From: the human T2T-CHM13v2.0 reference genome, Homo sapiens
NCBI RefSeq assembly: GCF_009914755.1
Contig: NC_060931.1
Length of the DNA: 64,000 bases
Direction: 5' to 3' (one strand)
Below, in pieces: positions 12,980 through 38,328 of the stretch. The translations under genes were made by a program, and so were the position numbers. Position 1 is the stretch's first letter. Each line of letters opens with the position of its first letter. The notes below the pieces were generated by a model. That model worked only from the letters and a program-made list of their open reading frames with translations, was not told where the DNA came from and searched no databases.

Positions 12980-14450
12980 TTTTTGAATAAATAATATATT
13001 TACATGATTCAAAAAACAAAAGAATATGAAAAGGCAAATTTAAGATGTCTTGATTCCACCTTGCCTGCCTGGTTCTCCCACAGTTTTCTGAAGTAACCAT
13101 TGTTTCTTGGGTATACTTACATTGTTTCTTTCTAAAAATGTAAACAAATTGCAGTGCACGTTCTTAATTCCTTTCTTTCTTTCTTTTTTCGGATACAGAG
13201 TCCCCTCTGTCACCCAGGTTGGAGTGCTGTGGCATGATCGTAGCTCACTGCAGCCTTGAACTTCTGAGCTCATGGTCCTCCTGCCTCAGCCTCCAAGTAG
13301 CTAAGACTACCAGCAAGTGTCTTCATGCCCACCTGGTTAATTTTTTTTTTTTTCAGAGATGGAGGCAGGGAGGGTCTCACTATACTGCCCAAGCTGGTCT
13401 TGAGCTCCTGTCTTCAAGCAATCCTTCCACCTCAGCCTCCCAAAGTGTTGGGATTATAGTTGAGCCCATGTGCCTGGCCATAGATTCTTAATTCCTTCTC
13501 TCTCTCTTTTTTTTTTTTTTTTTAACATAAAAGGTAGCATACTGTTTATATATATGGCTCTATGTCTTGTTCTTTTCACTTAACAACATATCATGGGGAT
13601 TGCTCCATCTCAGTATCTAGAGAGTCTCCTTATTTGTTTTATACAACGATATAGTAGTCCTTTGTGTAACAATACCTGCATTTGTGTTAACCCATTTCAT
13701 TTGGGATATTTCTAAAACTTTGCAGTTTCAAACAGCACTTCATTGTTTGCTATTATTTCCCTCCACATTGGTTATGCCACTCTGTGTTTTCACTAATGAA
13801 GTGTGAAGGTGCATGTTTGTTCTCATATCATGGGTTTTGAAAATCTGATGGGGAGAAATCATATCTCAGTGCAGTTTGAAATTGCATTTCTCTCCATGTG
13901 AGTGAGATTAAGCATCTTTTCTATATGTTTAATATCAGTTTTTTTCTGTTAAAATTTTTTCATATATTTTGTCCATTTTTACAATGAATTGTTGGACTTT
14001 TGCATCTTTACAATCAGCAAACTTTATTTTTTAGAGCAGTTTTAGATTCACAGCAAAATTGAGTGGAAAGCACAGAGTTCCCAGGCACTCCCTATCCTCA
14101 CACATGCCCAACATCCCCAACTATTGACATCCAGCACCACAGTGATACGCTGGTAACAAGCAGTAAGCACAGCCTGACACTCTACACAGTAAGAGCTTAG
14201 TCACTTGTCTATTCTATGAGTTACAAATATTATTTTTCAGGTTGTCATATTTTAGTTTGTTTTTGTTATGTAGAAGTGTATCACTATTACATAGGCAAAT
14301 TAATCAAATTATGTGTACGTCTGGTTTTTGAGTCATGCCTTCCACATGTATAGATTTTAATGGAATTGTTTTCTGTTTCTTTCTAGGACTTAAAAAATTT
14401 TTTTCTAGCATTTAAATGTTTTATTCATTTGTAATTCATCCTGGTGTTTA
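12980..14450 (-). mobile_element. Old L1M (L1MC/L1ME) fragments
   Basis: Antisense L1 motifs such as ttttagattcacagcaaaattgag and tgcatttctctc...agcatcttttc. Confidence 0.55.
13174..13479 (-). mobile_element. AluJ
   Basis: Diverged Alu dimer with J-type gcagccttgaact motif; flanking repeat ttcttaattcctt. Confidence 0.85.
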
Positions 14451-14479
14451 TCAAGCAATTCTTCTCCCTTGCCTGCATA

Positions 14480-16270
<1,791 letters not shown>

Positions 16271-16479
16271 TATACTGTTTCCAAACATCTACAAGGACCT
16301 TTTTTTCTTAAGATTGAGCACAGATGACCAAAGAGAACTGTGTTTCATAATTCAGATTCCTGCACACCAATCTCTGACATGAGGTTTCACTTCCCAATTT
16401 CCCATACTCTTATTAATAAGTAGGTGGGTTGGGATCTGAAGAGATGCATGAAGGGACAGGAGAATGAACCATCTTAGAT

Positions 16480-16577
16480 TAGGGTTCCAGATCTTGCACA
16501 ATGGGTGACTTTATTTATGCATCTAAGCTCCCTGGGCCTCAGTTTTCTCCTCTGTTAGAAAATAATAGTACTCTCGC
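16480..16577 (+). mobile_element. MIR fragment
   Basis: gggcctcagttttctcctctg...aaaataatagtac core motif. Confidence 0.55.
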
Positions 16578-16579
16578 AT

Positions 16580-19008
<2,429 letters not shown>

Positions 19009-19009
19009 G

Positions 19010-19637
19010 AGAAATACAATTTATTTTTGCATTTTTATCTCATTTCCTGTCACTTTGCTAAACTCACTTATTAGTTTTAGGAGATTTTCTTAATAGGTCC
19101 CTTGACATTTTCTACATAGACAATGGTGCCATTTGAAAATAGATGCAGTTTTATTTCTTCCTTGTCTGACTGTTTTCCTTTTATTTCCTTTTCTTATTTT
19201 ATTGCACTGACTGAAACTTACAGCACTCAGAGTGGTAAAAGCAGATACCTTGCCTGGTTTTCAATCTTGGGAGAAAGAATTCATTCTCTTACTATTAAGT
19301 ATAATACTAACTGTAAAGGTTTTTTTTTTTGGTAGATGCTCTTTATTTTTTGAGAATTTTTTTTATGCTTAAGTGTTGAATTTTATCAAATGCTTTTTCT
19401 GCATTGATTAATATGATCACATAGTTTTCTTTAGCTTGTTAATGTGGTAGATCATATTGATTGATGTTAAAATATTGAATAAGCCTTGAATCCCTAAAAT
19501 AAACTCCACTTGTTCATGATGTATAATTTTTTTAATATACTGCTGAATTTTATTTGCTGATATTTTGTTACAGTTTTTTTTTTTTACCTCTGTATCCTTG
19601 AAGAATATTGGTCTGTAGTTTTCTTTCTTTGTACTAG
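19010..19637 (-). mobile_element. Old L1M ORF2 fragment (host of the next L1; resumes at ~22005-22110)
   Basis: Antisense L1M motifs (ttttatcaaatgctttttctgca, attggtctgtagttttc). Confidence 0.65.
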
Positions 19638-22043
<2,406 letters not shown>

Positions 22044-22349
22044 TGAAGGCATCAGGGCCTGGGTTTTCTTTGTAGGTAATTTTAAAATTACTAATTGAAT
22101 CTATGTGTTATATGTCTATAATGTACTATGGAAGTAGAAAGCCTGTCAGTGGTTTTAGATCAAACTTTGGTCACATTGCTAACTCCTCTTTTCTTCCTGT
22201 TGATTGAATGGATTTAGTAGAGGTTTATTTTTCCCTGTTTATTGTTATTTTTTTGTATTACAATAAGAAATTGCTAAATAGGGACCCAGGTAGCAGTTGA
22301 CATTGTCTTCCAGGTTATTATATTTATGGAAGACATTGTCTTCCAGGTT

Positions 22350-22485
22350 ATTTATATTATAATATAAATATAATTTATTTATATTATAAATATATATAAA
22401 TATTTATATATATTTATATATAAAATAATATAAATATATTATATTAATATTATAATATACATAAATTATATTTATATTATATTTA
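22350..22485. repeat. AT-rich low-complexity / (TA)n-like tract
   Basis: About 135 bp almost entirely A/T. Confidence 0.9.
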
Positions 22486-22552
22486 GTGGAAGTCCTTGGT
22501 CTTCCACTAAATGCAAATGTGTTATGCTTGTAAAGGATAAGAGAACTGCTGA

Positions 22553-28591
<6,039 letters not shown>

Positions 28592-31500
28592 AAGAGAACT
28601 GCTGATGCCTCTTTATATTCCAGATAGTCATTTATAATATTTCACAGCTTAGAAATGTGTCATTTAAATACTATTTTCAAATTATCTTTCTTCATAACAA
28701 ACAATTAAAAAACATTGAGCCTGCTCCACTGTTTATTAGCTATGTAAGTTTTCAGAACTTCATTGTTAGGACTTAGAAAAGTAGCAACACACATAAGCAC
28801 CTGTTCCAATTGACAGCAATTTTTATTTTGTTTAGCTCACATCAGAGTCCAAAATGATAATGATTGCACCTCTGAATAAGGCACTGGTGTGGGTTTGGAG
28901 ACTCAGAGGAAAACTCTTCTGCCTCATCTCTGGGCCAGCACCAACTGGAAGAGGGACCAAAGGAGGAGACAGAGCACAGTTGAAAGCAATCTCCATGGTG
29001 ATATTTCTTCTTGGCCCTGTCTGTCTCTTTCAAATTTCTTCTGAATACTTTAGCAGATGCAAAGATGGAGACATGGGCCTTGTAGCATAACCTTTCTAGC
29101 CTGTGATATGACCACAGCTTTAAGTGATGGGTAAAACAGAATGGGGAGGAGGTAAGGCAGGAAATGGCTGTGGCTGAGGCAGGATGCATTTGTTTCTTAA
29201 ATGAATGAGTGAATTTACAATAAATCAACTTATAGCTCATTTCTTGAGGATGTAAGTGATTATGGGAAACAGAAAAAGAAAGGGAGTTAAATTGAAAACA
29301 AAATGAGGAAATTAAGATAATAGTGGAAATTGCACAAACCTAATTATAAATTCTAGAGAGAGGGTAAGATACTGAATGCTATCTGGTGGCTATGGCAACC
29401 TCTTAATTATTTCCCCAATTTCTGTTCTGCTAAGCATCTTTTGCTTCCACCATTAGTATTATGGAATGGTGAGGAATTCAGGAGCGTATAAGCAAATCCT
29501 GGGTTTTAGAGGGGTGGGGCTATAAAGACTGTGTAGGCAAGTATGGAAGGAATCTAGGATGTGGTGAGAGTAGCAGAAACCTATGGAAGACAAATACCTG
29601 CTTCCTTGCTTCATGCTTCCTTGGCTGTTCTGTGCCAAGTAACAAATAAAGCTGGTATCTGTAACTGTCTGCACATTACTCATATGACCACAGGGACTCG
29701 ATAGCACTGGGAGAAGAGGGCTTGTGCTAATATTGCTCCCTCGTGTCGGACTCTTCAAGAGAAGTCCCAGGACTGTTCTGTCCCTTGTGGTCTCCCTTTG
29801 AGGATTATTGTTCTCTGCACCACTTTGTAGGTTTATAACTATATTCTGACCAACATACCACCTTATAGGTTTGTAACTACGTTCTGACCAACATCTGAGA
29901 AGTACTGTGGGTAGGTGGGCCAGGGCTCATGATTTGAGAGAGTCTGGGAATTTGTACTAATTTGGTAAGGCCTAAAGATACTGGGGCTTAGTAACATTAT
30001 GTTTTCCCTTCAAAGCCGTAGATATTACTAGTGGCAGAATCAGACGCACACACTTTTCCGCTGACACTGCATTTTGTATAGTAATGGGAGACATCCAGTA
30101 CTGATATGCTAACATGAGAATCTACTACTGAAGGTCATGGAACAAAACAGGTGTCATGGGGCTGACAGAAAGATACTGTTTACTCTTAAACAACTCAGAT
30201 AAAGTTAGTAATCTTGTGCTGACAGTGTGCCCCAGGGAGAAGGCCCCTGTATATTCAATTGCATTAAAGCTTGTTTTGTTTTACTTTAAGGGATAAAACC
30301 CTCCTCTTTAGTGATAAAACAGTTGTTTTGATGTAAATTGGGAATTCTGTAAGAGTAGGCAATTGGCTCCTGCTGGTGAGACTGGGACATGCTTTTAGGC
30401 AGAGGTGGCCTTATAACCTGCTCAGCTCTTCCTGTTTCAATTGTCTGCCTGCTCCTCATAGGATTCAAAGGTCTGTTTGCACACCTTAATTTCCTATGTC
30501 TGTCTTTAAAGGTAACACTTTTTTTGGTCTTGGTGTATATAAATTGATGACAAAAGTTAAATACTTCTGCAAAAGGATCTGAGTTTGGAAAGGGTAAAGT
30601 AAAAGGGAGTGGGTTGAAGGCACCTGCAGAGTCAGAGAGACCTGGCAAATGAAAAGTCCCCGAGGAACAGTCTCAGGTAGTGTCTAAAATGACCTTCGGA
30701 GAAAGCCACAGCTGCTTCTCTCATCAGTGAGACTTTCATGTTCCATCTGGGCCAGATGTGTGGGATGAGGAATGAGGAAGGATGTACAGGTGCACTTCAC
30801 TTTATTGTACCTCATTTCATTGCACTTTGTGGATGATGCGCTTTTTACAAATTGAAGATTTGTGGCAACCCTGCATCAAACAAGTCTGTTGGTGCCATTT
30901 TCCCAACAGCAAGTGTTCACTTTTTTGTGTCTGTGTCACTTTTTGACAATTCTCACAGTATTTCAAACGTTTTCACTATTATCTGTCCTGATGATTTGCG
31001 ATCAGTGATCTATGATGTCCCTATTGTAATTGTTTTGGGGTGCCACAATCTGCGCCTTACAAGATGATGAACTAGTTGATCATTGTGTGTTCTGACTGCT
31101 CCACCATGCAGCTGTTCCCTTGTCTCTCACCCTTGCCTCAGGCTTCCCTATTCCCTGACACAACAATATTGAAATCAAGTCAGTTAATAACATTACAGGG
31201 GCCTCTAAGTGTTCAAATGCAAGGCAGAGTTGCACATTTCTCACCTTCAACCAAAAGCTAGAAATGATGAAGCTTAGTGGGGCAGGTATGTGAAAAGCTG
31301 AGACAGGCCAAAAGCTAGACCTCTTGCACCAAACAATTAGCCAAGTTTGAATGCAAAGGAAAAGTAATTGAAGGAAATTAAAAGTGCTACTCCAGTGAAT
31401 ATATGAATGATAAGAAAGCTAAACAGCCTTACTGCTGATATGAAGAAAGTTTTATTGGTCTGGATAGAAGATTAAGCCAGCCGCAACATTCCCTTAAGCC

Positions 31501-32023
31501 ACAGTCTAATTCAGAGCAAGGACCCCACAATTTTATAAAGTCTGACAGAGGTGAGGAAGCTGCAGGAAATAAGTTTGAAGCTAGCAGATGTTGGTTCATG
31601 AGGTTTAAGGAAATGACCTGTCCCCATTACATAAAAGTGGAAGGCGAAGCAGCAAGTGCTGATGGAGAAGCTGCAGCAAGTTATCCAGGGGATCTAATTT
31701 AGATCACTGATGAAGGTGGCTACAATAAACAACAGATTTTCAATGGAGACAAAGCAGACTTTTGTAGGAAGATTATACATCCAGGACTTTCATTGCTTGA
31801 GTGGAGAAGTCAATGCCTGGCTCCAAAGCTTCAAAGGGCAGGCTGACTCTCTCATTAGGGGCTGATGCAGCTGATGACTTTAAGTTGAAGTCAATGCTCA
31901 CTTACCATTCCAAAAAACCTTAGAGCTTTTAAGAATTATGTTCAATCTATTCTTCCTGTGCTCTATAAATGGAACAACAAAGCCTGATGACAGCATATCT
32001 GTTTATAGCATGGCTTACTGAAT

Positions 32024-32766
32024 TTTTTTTTCTTTTTTCTTTTTTTATTGATCATTCTTGGGTGTTTCTTGCAGAGGGGGATTTGGCAGGGTCATAGGAC
32101 AATAGTGGAGGGAAGGTCAGCAGATAAACAAGTGAACAAAGGTCTCTGGTTTTCCTAGGCAGAGGACCCTGCGGCCTTCCGCAGTGTTTGTGTCCCTGGG
32201 TACTTGAGATTAGGGAGTGGTGATGACTCTTAACGAGCATGCTGCCTTCAAGCATCTGTTTAACAAAGCACATCTTGCACCGCCCTTAATCCATTTAACC
32301 CTGAGTGGACACAGCACATGTTTCAGAGAGCACAGGGTTGGGGGTAAGGTCATAGATCAACAGGATCCCAAGGCAGAAGAATTTTTCTTAGTACAGAACA
32401 AAATGAAAAGTCTCCCATGTCTACCTCTTTCTACACAGACACAGCAACCATCCGATTTCTCAATCTTTTCCCCACCTTTCCCCCTTTTCTATTCCACAAA
32501 ACCGCCATTGTTATCACGGCCTGTTCTCAATGAGCTGTTGGGTACACCCCAGACGGGGTGGTGGCCGGGCAGAAGGGCTCCTCACTTCCCAGTAGGGGCG
32601 GCCGGGCAGAGGCGCCCCTCACCTCCCGGACGGGGCGGCTGGCCGGGCAGGGGGCTGACCCCCCTACCTCCCTCCCGGACGGGGCGGCTGGCCGGGTGGG
32701 GGGCTGACCCCCCCACCTCCCTCCCGGACGGGGCGGCTGGCCAGGTGGGGGGCTGACCCCCCCACC
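32024..32766 (-). mobile_element. 5'-truncated SVA (SINE-R plus partial VNTR; SVA_D-like)
   Basis: Poly(T), SINE-R (...gatcattcttgggtgtttct...) and GC-rich VNTR cctcccggacggggcggctggccggg; TSD gcttactgaat at 32013-32023 and 32767-32777. Confidence 0.96.
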
Positions 32767-33201
32767 GCTTACTGAATATTTTAAGCCCACTGTTGATACT
32801 TCTGTTTAGAAAAAAAGATTCAAAATATTACTGCTCATTGACAAAGCATTTGGTCACCCAAGATCTCTTATGGAGATATACAAGGAGATTTCATGCCTGC
32901 TAATACAACATCCCTTCTGCAGCCCATGGATCAAGGATAATTTTGACTTTTGAGCCTTATTATTTAAGAAATATATTTTATAAGGCTATAGTTGCCATAA
33001 ATAGTGATTCTTCTGATAAACCTGGGCAAAGTAAATTGAAAACTTTCTGGGAAGGATTCACCATTCTAGATACCATTAACAACATTCATGATTCATGAGA
33101 GGAGATAAAAATATTAATGTTAACAACAGTTTGGAAGATGTTGATTCCAACCCTCATAGATGACTTGGAGGGGTTCGAGACTTCATTGGAGGGAATCACT
33201 A

Positions 33202-33540
<339 letters not shown>

Positions 33541-33657
33541 GAAGAATGTAGGCTGAAGATGTGACTGAATTGCTGCAATCTCATGATAAAACTTGAATGG
33601 ATGAGGAGCTGCTTCTTATGGATGAGAAAAGAAACTGATTTCTTGAGATGGAAATGA

Positions 33658-33906
33658 CACTATGAGAATGAAAAGGCATAAGAATGATACAATGGACTTT
33701 GGGGACTTGGGGAAAGGGTGGGAGGGAGGTGAAGAATAAAAGCCTACACACTGGGCACAGTGTACACTGCTCAGGTGATGGCACCAAAATCTCAGAAATC
33801 ACCACTACAGAACCTATCCCTGTAACCAAACACTACCCAACCCCCCAAAACCTATTGAAATAAAAAATAAATAAAATCTCCTTCTTCATCTCAAAAAAAA
33901 AAAAAA
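33658..33906 (+). mobile_element. L1PB-like 3' end inside Tigger1
   Basis: aggcataagaatgatacaatggactttgggg...aaacctattgaaataaaaa, then a short spacer and an A run. Confidence 0.85.
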
Positions 33907-35791
33907 CTACTTTTGGCGAAGATGCTGTGAACATTATGAAATGACAACAAAGGATTTAGAATATTAAATAAACTTGATAAACAGCAGCAGGGTTTGAGAA
34001 GGTTGACTCCAATTTTGAAACAAGTTCTACTATGCTTAAAATGCGATCAAACAGCATCACACATGCTACAGAGAAACATTTTGTGAGAGGAAGAGTCATT
34101 CTATGTGACAAACCTCATTGTTATCTTAGTTTAGGAAATTGCTACAGCCACCCCAGCCTTCAGCAATCACCATCTTGATCAATCAGCAGCTATCAATACT
34201 GAGGCAAGACCCTCCACCAGCAGAAAGATTATGACTCACTGAAGGCTCGGAGGATTGTTAGCATCTTTTAGCAATAAAGTATTTTTAAATTAAAGCGCAT
34301 ATATTGTTTTCTAGACATAATGCTATTGCACATGTAATAGATTACGGTGTAGTATAAACATAACTTTTATATGCCCTGAGAAACCAAAAAATTCATGTGG
34401 CTCTTTTTATAGTTACATTTGCTTTATTGCAGTTGCTGGCATTGAACTTGCAATATCTCTGAGGTGTGCCTGTAGTATCTATAAAGGGGTGAGAAGGGTA
34501 CTCAGCATACAGTAAGTGATCAGCAAGTGTCAGCTAGTAGCAGTGGTGTCAGCAATAGTAATGGTAATGGTAATACTCTTGATGTCAGTCCCAGGATCGT
34601 GGTTTGGTCTCCTTAAGCTCACGTATTATACAATTTCACATCATAGGTGTCCAGATACATAAATAGAACTGAAGGCCCTAAAGGGAGAGACAGAGTTGGC
34701 GGGCTTGGAAAGCACTTACCTCATGTTACCTATGCACTGCAGACAGCCTCAGCCTCCAATTCCAAGAAAGGACTGTGCCTTATTAGCAGATATGAAAGTT
34801 CTCAGATGCTGTTGATTCATGGTTCAGCAGCTCCTCCTCTGCCTGTGTATCTGAAAACACTTCCCTCCTAAGTCTTCAAAAAAGGCAAAATCATAAGCCT
34901 TTGCTACAAAACATACCTTCCTTCAGGCAGGGATCAATGTGGGTACAGACATTGGGCCTGACCCAGTTTGTCTTCTATCTGGACCGTCGGATAGATGATG
35001 GGTGATGAAGGCACCCAGGGACACCGGCACTAGGGCCATATCTAGAGTGTGATGTCTGAGAGTGGTTTTCACTTAATCAGGTACAATAAGGCCACTACTG
35101 AGGAATAGTGATTAACATTCTATGTGAGGCTAATGCCTCCAAAACCCTCCAAAACCCTCCCAAGAAAATTAACATGGTAGCTGTCATCTAGGCTCCTCGT
35201 CTCACAGGCAGTAAGTCAGTCCACTACCTGTCACGCTGGGAACCTCTGCAAATTTTGGAGACCTCACAAAAAAGGAAAATTCACCTACATTTATAAGAAC
35301 TGCATGAAAAATCTATTGGAAAAAGTGTCTTTGTCTTGGTTTTCTACATTTGTGATAGAAAAACAAATAATAGAACTTTTCAAGATTCATTTTGAAAATT
35401 TCCAAATAGAAGTTCATTCTTTGGCATTGGTAGTTATTTAATGCTGTTAGGCTCTGGATTTCCTGAGCAAGCTTAGGAAGGCCTATCTGGCTAATTAAAA
35501 CTCTTGCTGTATATATGTAAATAACCAAGCTGTACATAATAATGGCATTGAGGGATCAAGAATAATTGTTGGAGATTATGTATGATCACAAGGTAGAAAA
35601 TGACATTAAAATGATCCAACATGTGGAAATAAGCAAAAGGCATTATTGGGTATTCTTTCTGTGTGATGCGAGGCTTGACTACTGTCTAAGATACTCAACT
35701 CTGTTGAGAGGTAACTTGCAATTTTGCTTATAGACAAGTAAATAATTTTTTTGTCTGGCAGAACGTATACCCCAAAATTACATTTTATGGC

Positions 35792-36201
35792 TGATATGGT
35801 TTAGGTCTGTGTCCCCGCCCAAATCTCATGCCAGATTGTAATCCCCAATATTGGAGGTGGGGCCTGGTAGGAGGTGATTGGGTCATGGGGGTGGTCCTTC
35901 AGGAACAGTTTGGCACCATCCCTTGATGCTGTTCTTGCGATAGTGGGTAAGTTCTCATGAGATCTGGTTGTTTAAAAGTGTGTAGCACTGCCGCCTTCCA
36001 CTCTTGCTCCTGCTCCAGCCTTGTAAGATGTGCATGCTTCCCCTTTTCCTTCCAACATATTGAAAGTTTCCTGAGGTCTCCCAAGAAGCCATCATGCTTC
36101 CTGCACAGCCTGTGGAACTGTGAGCCAATTACACCTCATTTCTTTATAAATTACCCAGTTGCAGGAATTTCTTTATAGGAGTGCAAGAACGGGCTAATAC
36201 A
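35792..36201 (+). mobile_element. MST (MSTA-like) solo LTR
   Basis: tgatatggttt...gggctaataca; 5-bp TSD atggc/atgac. Confidence 0.88.
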
Positions 36202-36506
36202 ATGACCATCTTAGGAACAGTCATTAAATGGGCACAAGGGAAATCTTATCCCCCTACAAATTACCCAAGATTCTCAAATGTCCTTTGAACTAATTATAAT
36301 GTCTTACTGGTTTTCTCGTTAATCAATAAGTTAAGTAAAATCTTTTACATGCATGTATTTTAAATTTGCATGAAAGTCATGACCTTGCTTTTTTTTTTTT
36401 TTTTCCTAATTTTACTTTAACAGGAAACACAGAGAAATACCACAAGCAAAGCCTCAGTAGTGGGACTATGAGACACAGAGAAGATTAAATGACTTGAGGA
36501 GGGATC

Positions 36507-36871
36507 TGCTGGGGTCTGAATGTTTGTGTATCCTCTTCCAAATTCATGTATTGAAACCTAATCCTGAAGTGATGGTATTAAGAGGTAGGGCCTTTGGGAG
36601 GTACTTAGGTCATCATGGTGGAGCCCTCGTGAATGGAGTTAGTGCCCTTATAACAGGTTAGAGAGAGGCTCCCCGCCCCTTCCACCATGTGGGGACACAG
36701 CAAGAAGGCACCATCTATGAATCAGGAAACACACCATCACCAGATAACAAACCTGTCAATACTTTGATCTTGGATTTCTCAGCCTCCAGAACTGTGAGAA
36801 ACAAATTTCTGTTGCTTATAAATTACTCATTCTACAGTATTTTGTTATAGCAGTCCACACAGACTAAGACA
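36507..36871 (+). mobile_element. MLT1A-like solo LTR
   Basis: tgct...tctgaatgtttgtgt...gactaagaca; perfect TSD ggatc at 36502-36506 and 36872-36876. Confidence 0.88.
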
Positions 36872-37271
36872 GGATCATTAAAAGCATTTGCTGAGCACCT
36901 GTGCTATTTCAGAAACTGCCTTTATACCTCTGTCTCCTTCAGCTATGTAAAATAGGTATTAACAGGAACTGTGATTGGAATTTTAGGTAAGCAGAGCTGC
37001 ACTGAAACATTAAGTTGCCTCTCAAGGAGAGGAATAGAGGAAGATTTGGCCCAGAAAGAAAGATTGAAACACTGTAACAATAGCTGAATTCCAGGCTAAG
37101 CAATAAGGATGCTAAACCTTATGCAGTAAGAACTTCCCAACTACCATGACATGGACTGTCCGCATGGGCTTCACCAATTCATTGCAACTGGGACTGCAAA
37201 GGAAGAGATCTAGGGTGTTTCACTCTCAAAATGCATACACTGTCCTTTCTTATTTAACCACCAATTTTCTA

Positions 37272-37706
37272 TCACAATTTAGAATTGTATCCACTAAAAG
37301 AAATGTTCAAGATCTAACCCCTAGGACTTGAGAATGTGACCTTATTTGGGAATAGTCTTTGTGATGTAATCAAATTAAGATGAGGCTGTGGGGCAAGCTC
37401 TTCTAATCCAATGACTTTTTTCCTTAGAAAATGAGTGAAATTTGAATAAGCACACAGGGGAGAAAACCGTGTAACTCTGGAGGCAGAGATTGGAAGGATG
37501 CATCTACAAGTCAAAGAGTAGCAAGGATTGCCAGAAACCACTAGAAGCCAGAAAGAGGCAAGGAAGGATCCTCCCCTAGAGTCTTCAGAGAGAGTGTGGC
37601 CCTGTTGACACCTTGTGGCCTCAAGAACTGTGAGATGATAATTTTTTCTTGTTTTAAGCTACCCAGTTTGTGGTAATTTGTTACAGCAGCCCCGGAAACT
37701 AATACA
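37272..37706 (+). mobile_element. MLT1C-like LTR
   Basis: gaatgtgaccttatttgg...ggcaaggaaggatcctcccctagag...ggaaactaataca. Confidence 0.75.
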
Positions 37707-37744
37707 GACTTGATATTGGGAGGAACAAGTGACTGTTGCTTTAT

Positions 37745-38141
37745 ATAGCAGAGCAGTCTTTGCAGATGTGATTAAATTAAGGCTTTCACAGTGAGGAGAT
37801 TATCCTGGATTATCTAGGTGGGTTTAAATGTAAACACAAAGATCTTTCTAAGGGGGAAACAAGAAAGTCAAAGAAGGAAGACAATGTGAAGATGGCAGGA
37901 GAGATTGGTGCGATGTGGCCACAAGCCAAAGAACACTAGTAGCATAGAGATGCTGGAAGAGGCCAGGAACAGATTCTCTCGTGGAGCCTCTAGAAGGTAC
38001 CCTGCTAATTAGCCTGATTTTATCCCCATAACACTCATTTTGGACTTCTGACTTCCAGAACTGTAAGAGGAAAATTTTATGTTGTTTTAGGCCACTACAT
38101 TTTTGGTAATTTGTCATGATAGCAATAGGAAGCTGATACTC
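37745..38141 (+). mobile_element. MLT1D-like LTR
   Basis: ctttgcagatgtgattaa...gagattatcctggattat...cttctgacttccagaactgtaaga. Confidence 0.7.
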
Positions 38142-38279
38142 CAAGGTTACATAATCTGTGTAAGAGCTAGGACAGTACTATACCTTTCATCTCCTGTTAT
38201 TATTTGTGCACTATCTTAATAAGTTAAGCTTTGCATTGATTTAGCATCACGGCGGCAGAAGAAAAGCCCCGAGTTTTGT

Positions 38280-38306
38280 GCACACACACACATACACATA
38301 CACACA
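38280..38306. repeat. (CA)n microsatellite
   Basis: cacacacacacatacacatacacaca. Confidence 0.85.
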
Positions 38307-38328
38307 AAATCAAAAACATAATGTTCTT

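Noticed and set aside
28780-30780. Putative lncRNA exons (minus-strand AATAAA near 28825; ag...gt pair near 30461-30511)
   Set aside because: Isolated signals expected by chance; no supporting structure visible without transcript data.
32217-32790. 179-aa and 87-aa Pro/Gly-rich ORFs
   Set aside because: Chance frames in the SVA SINE-R and VNTR.
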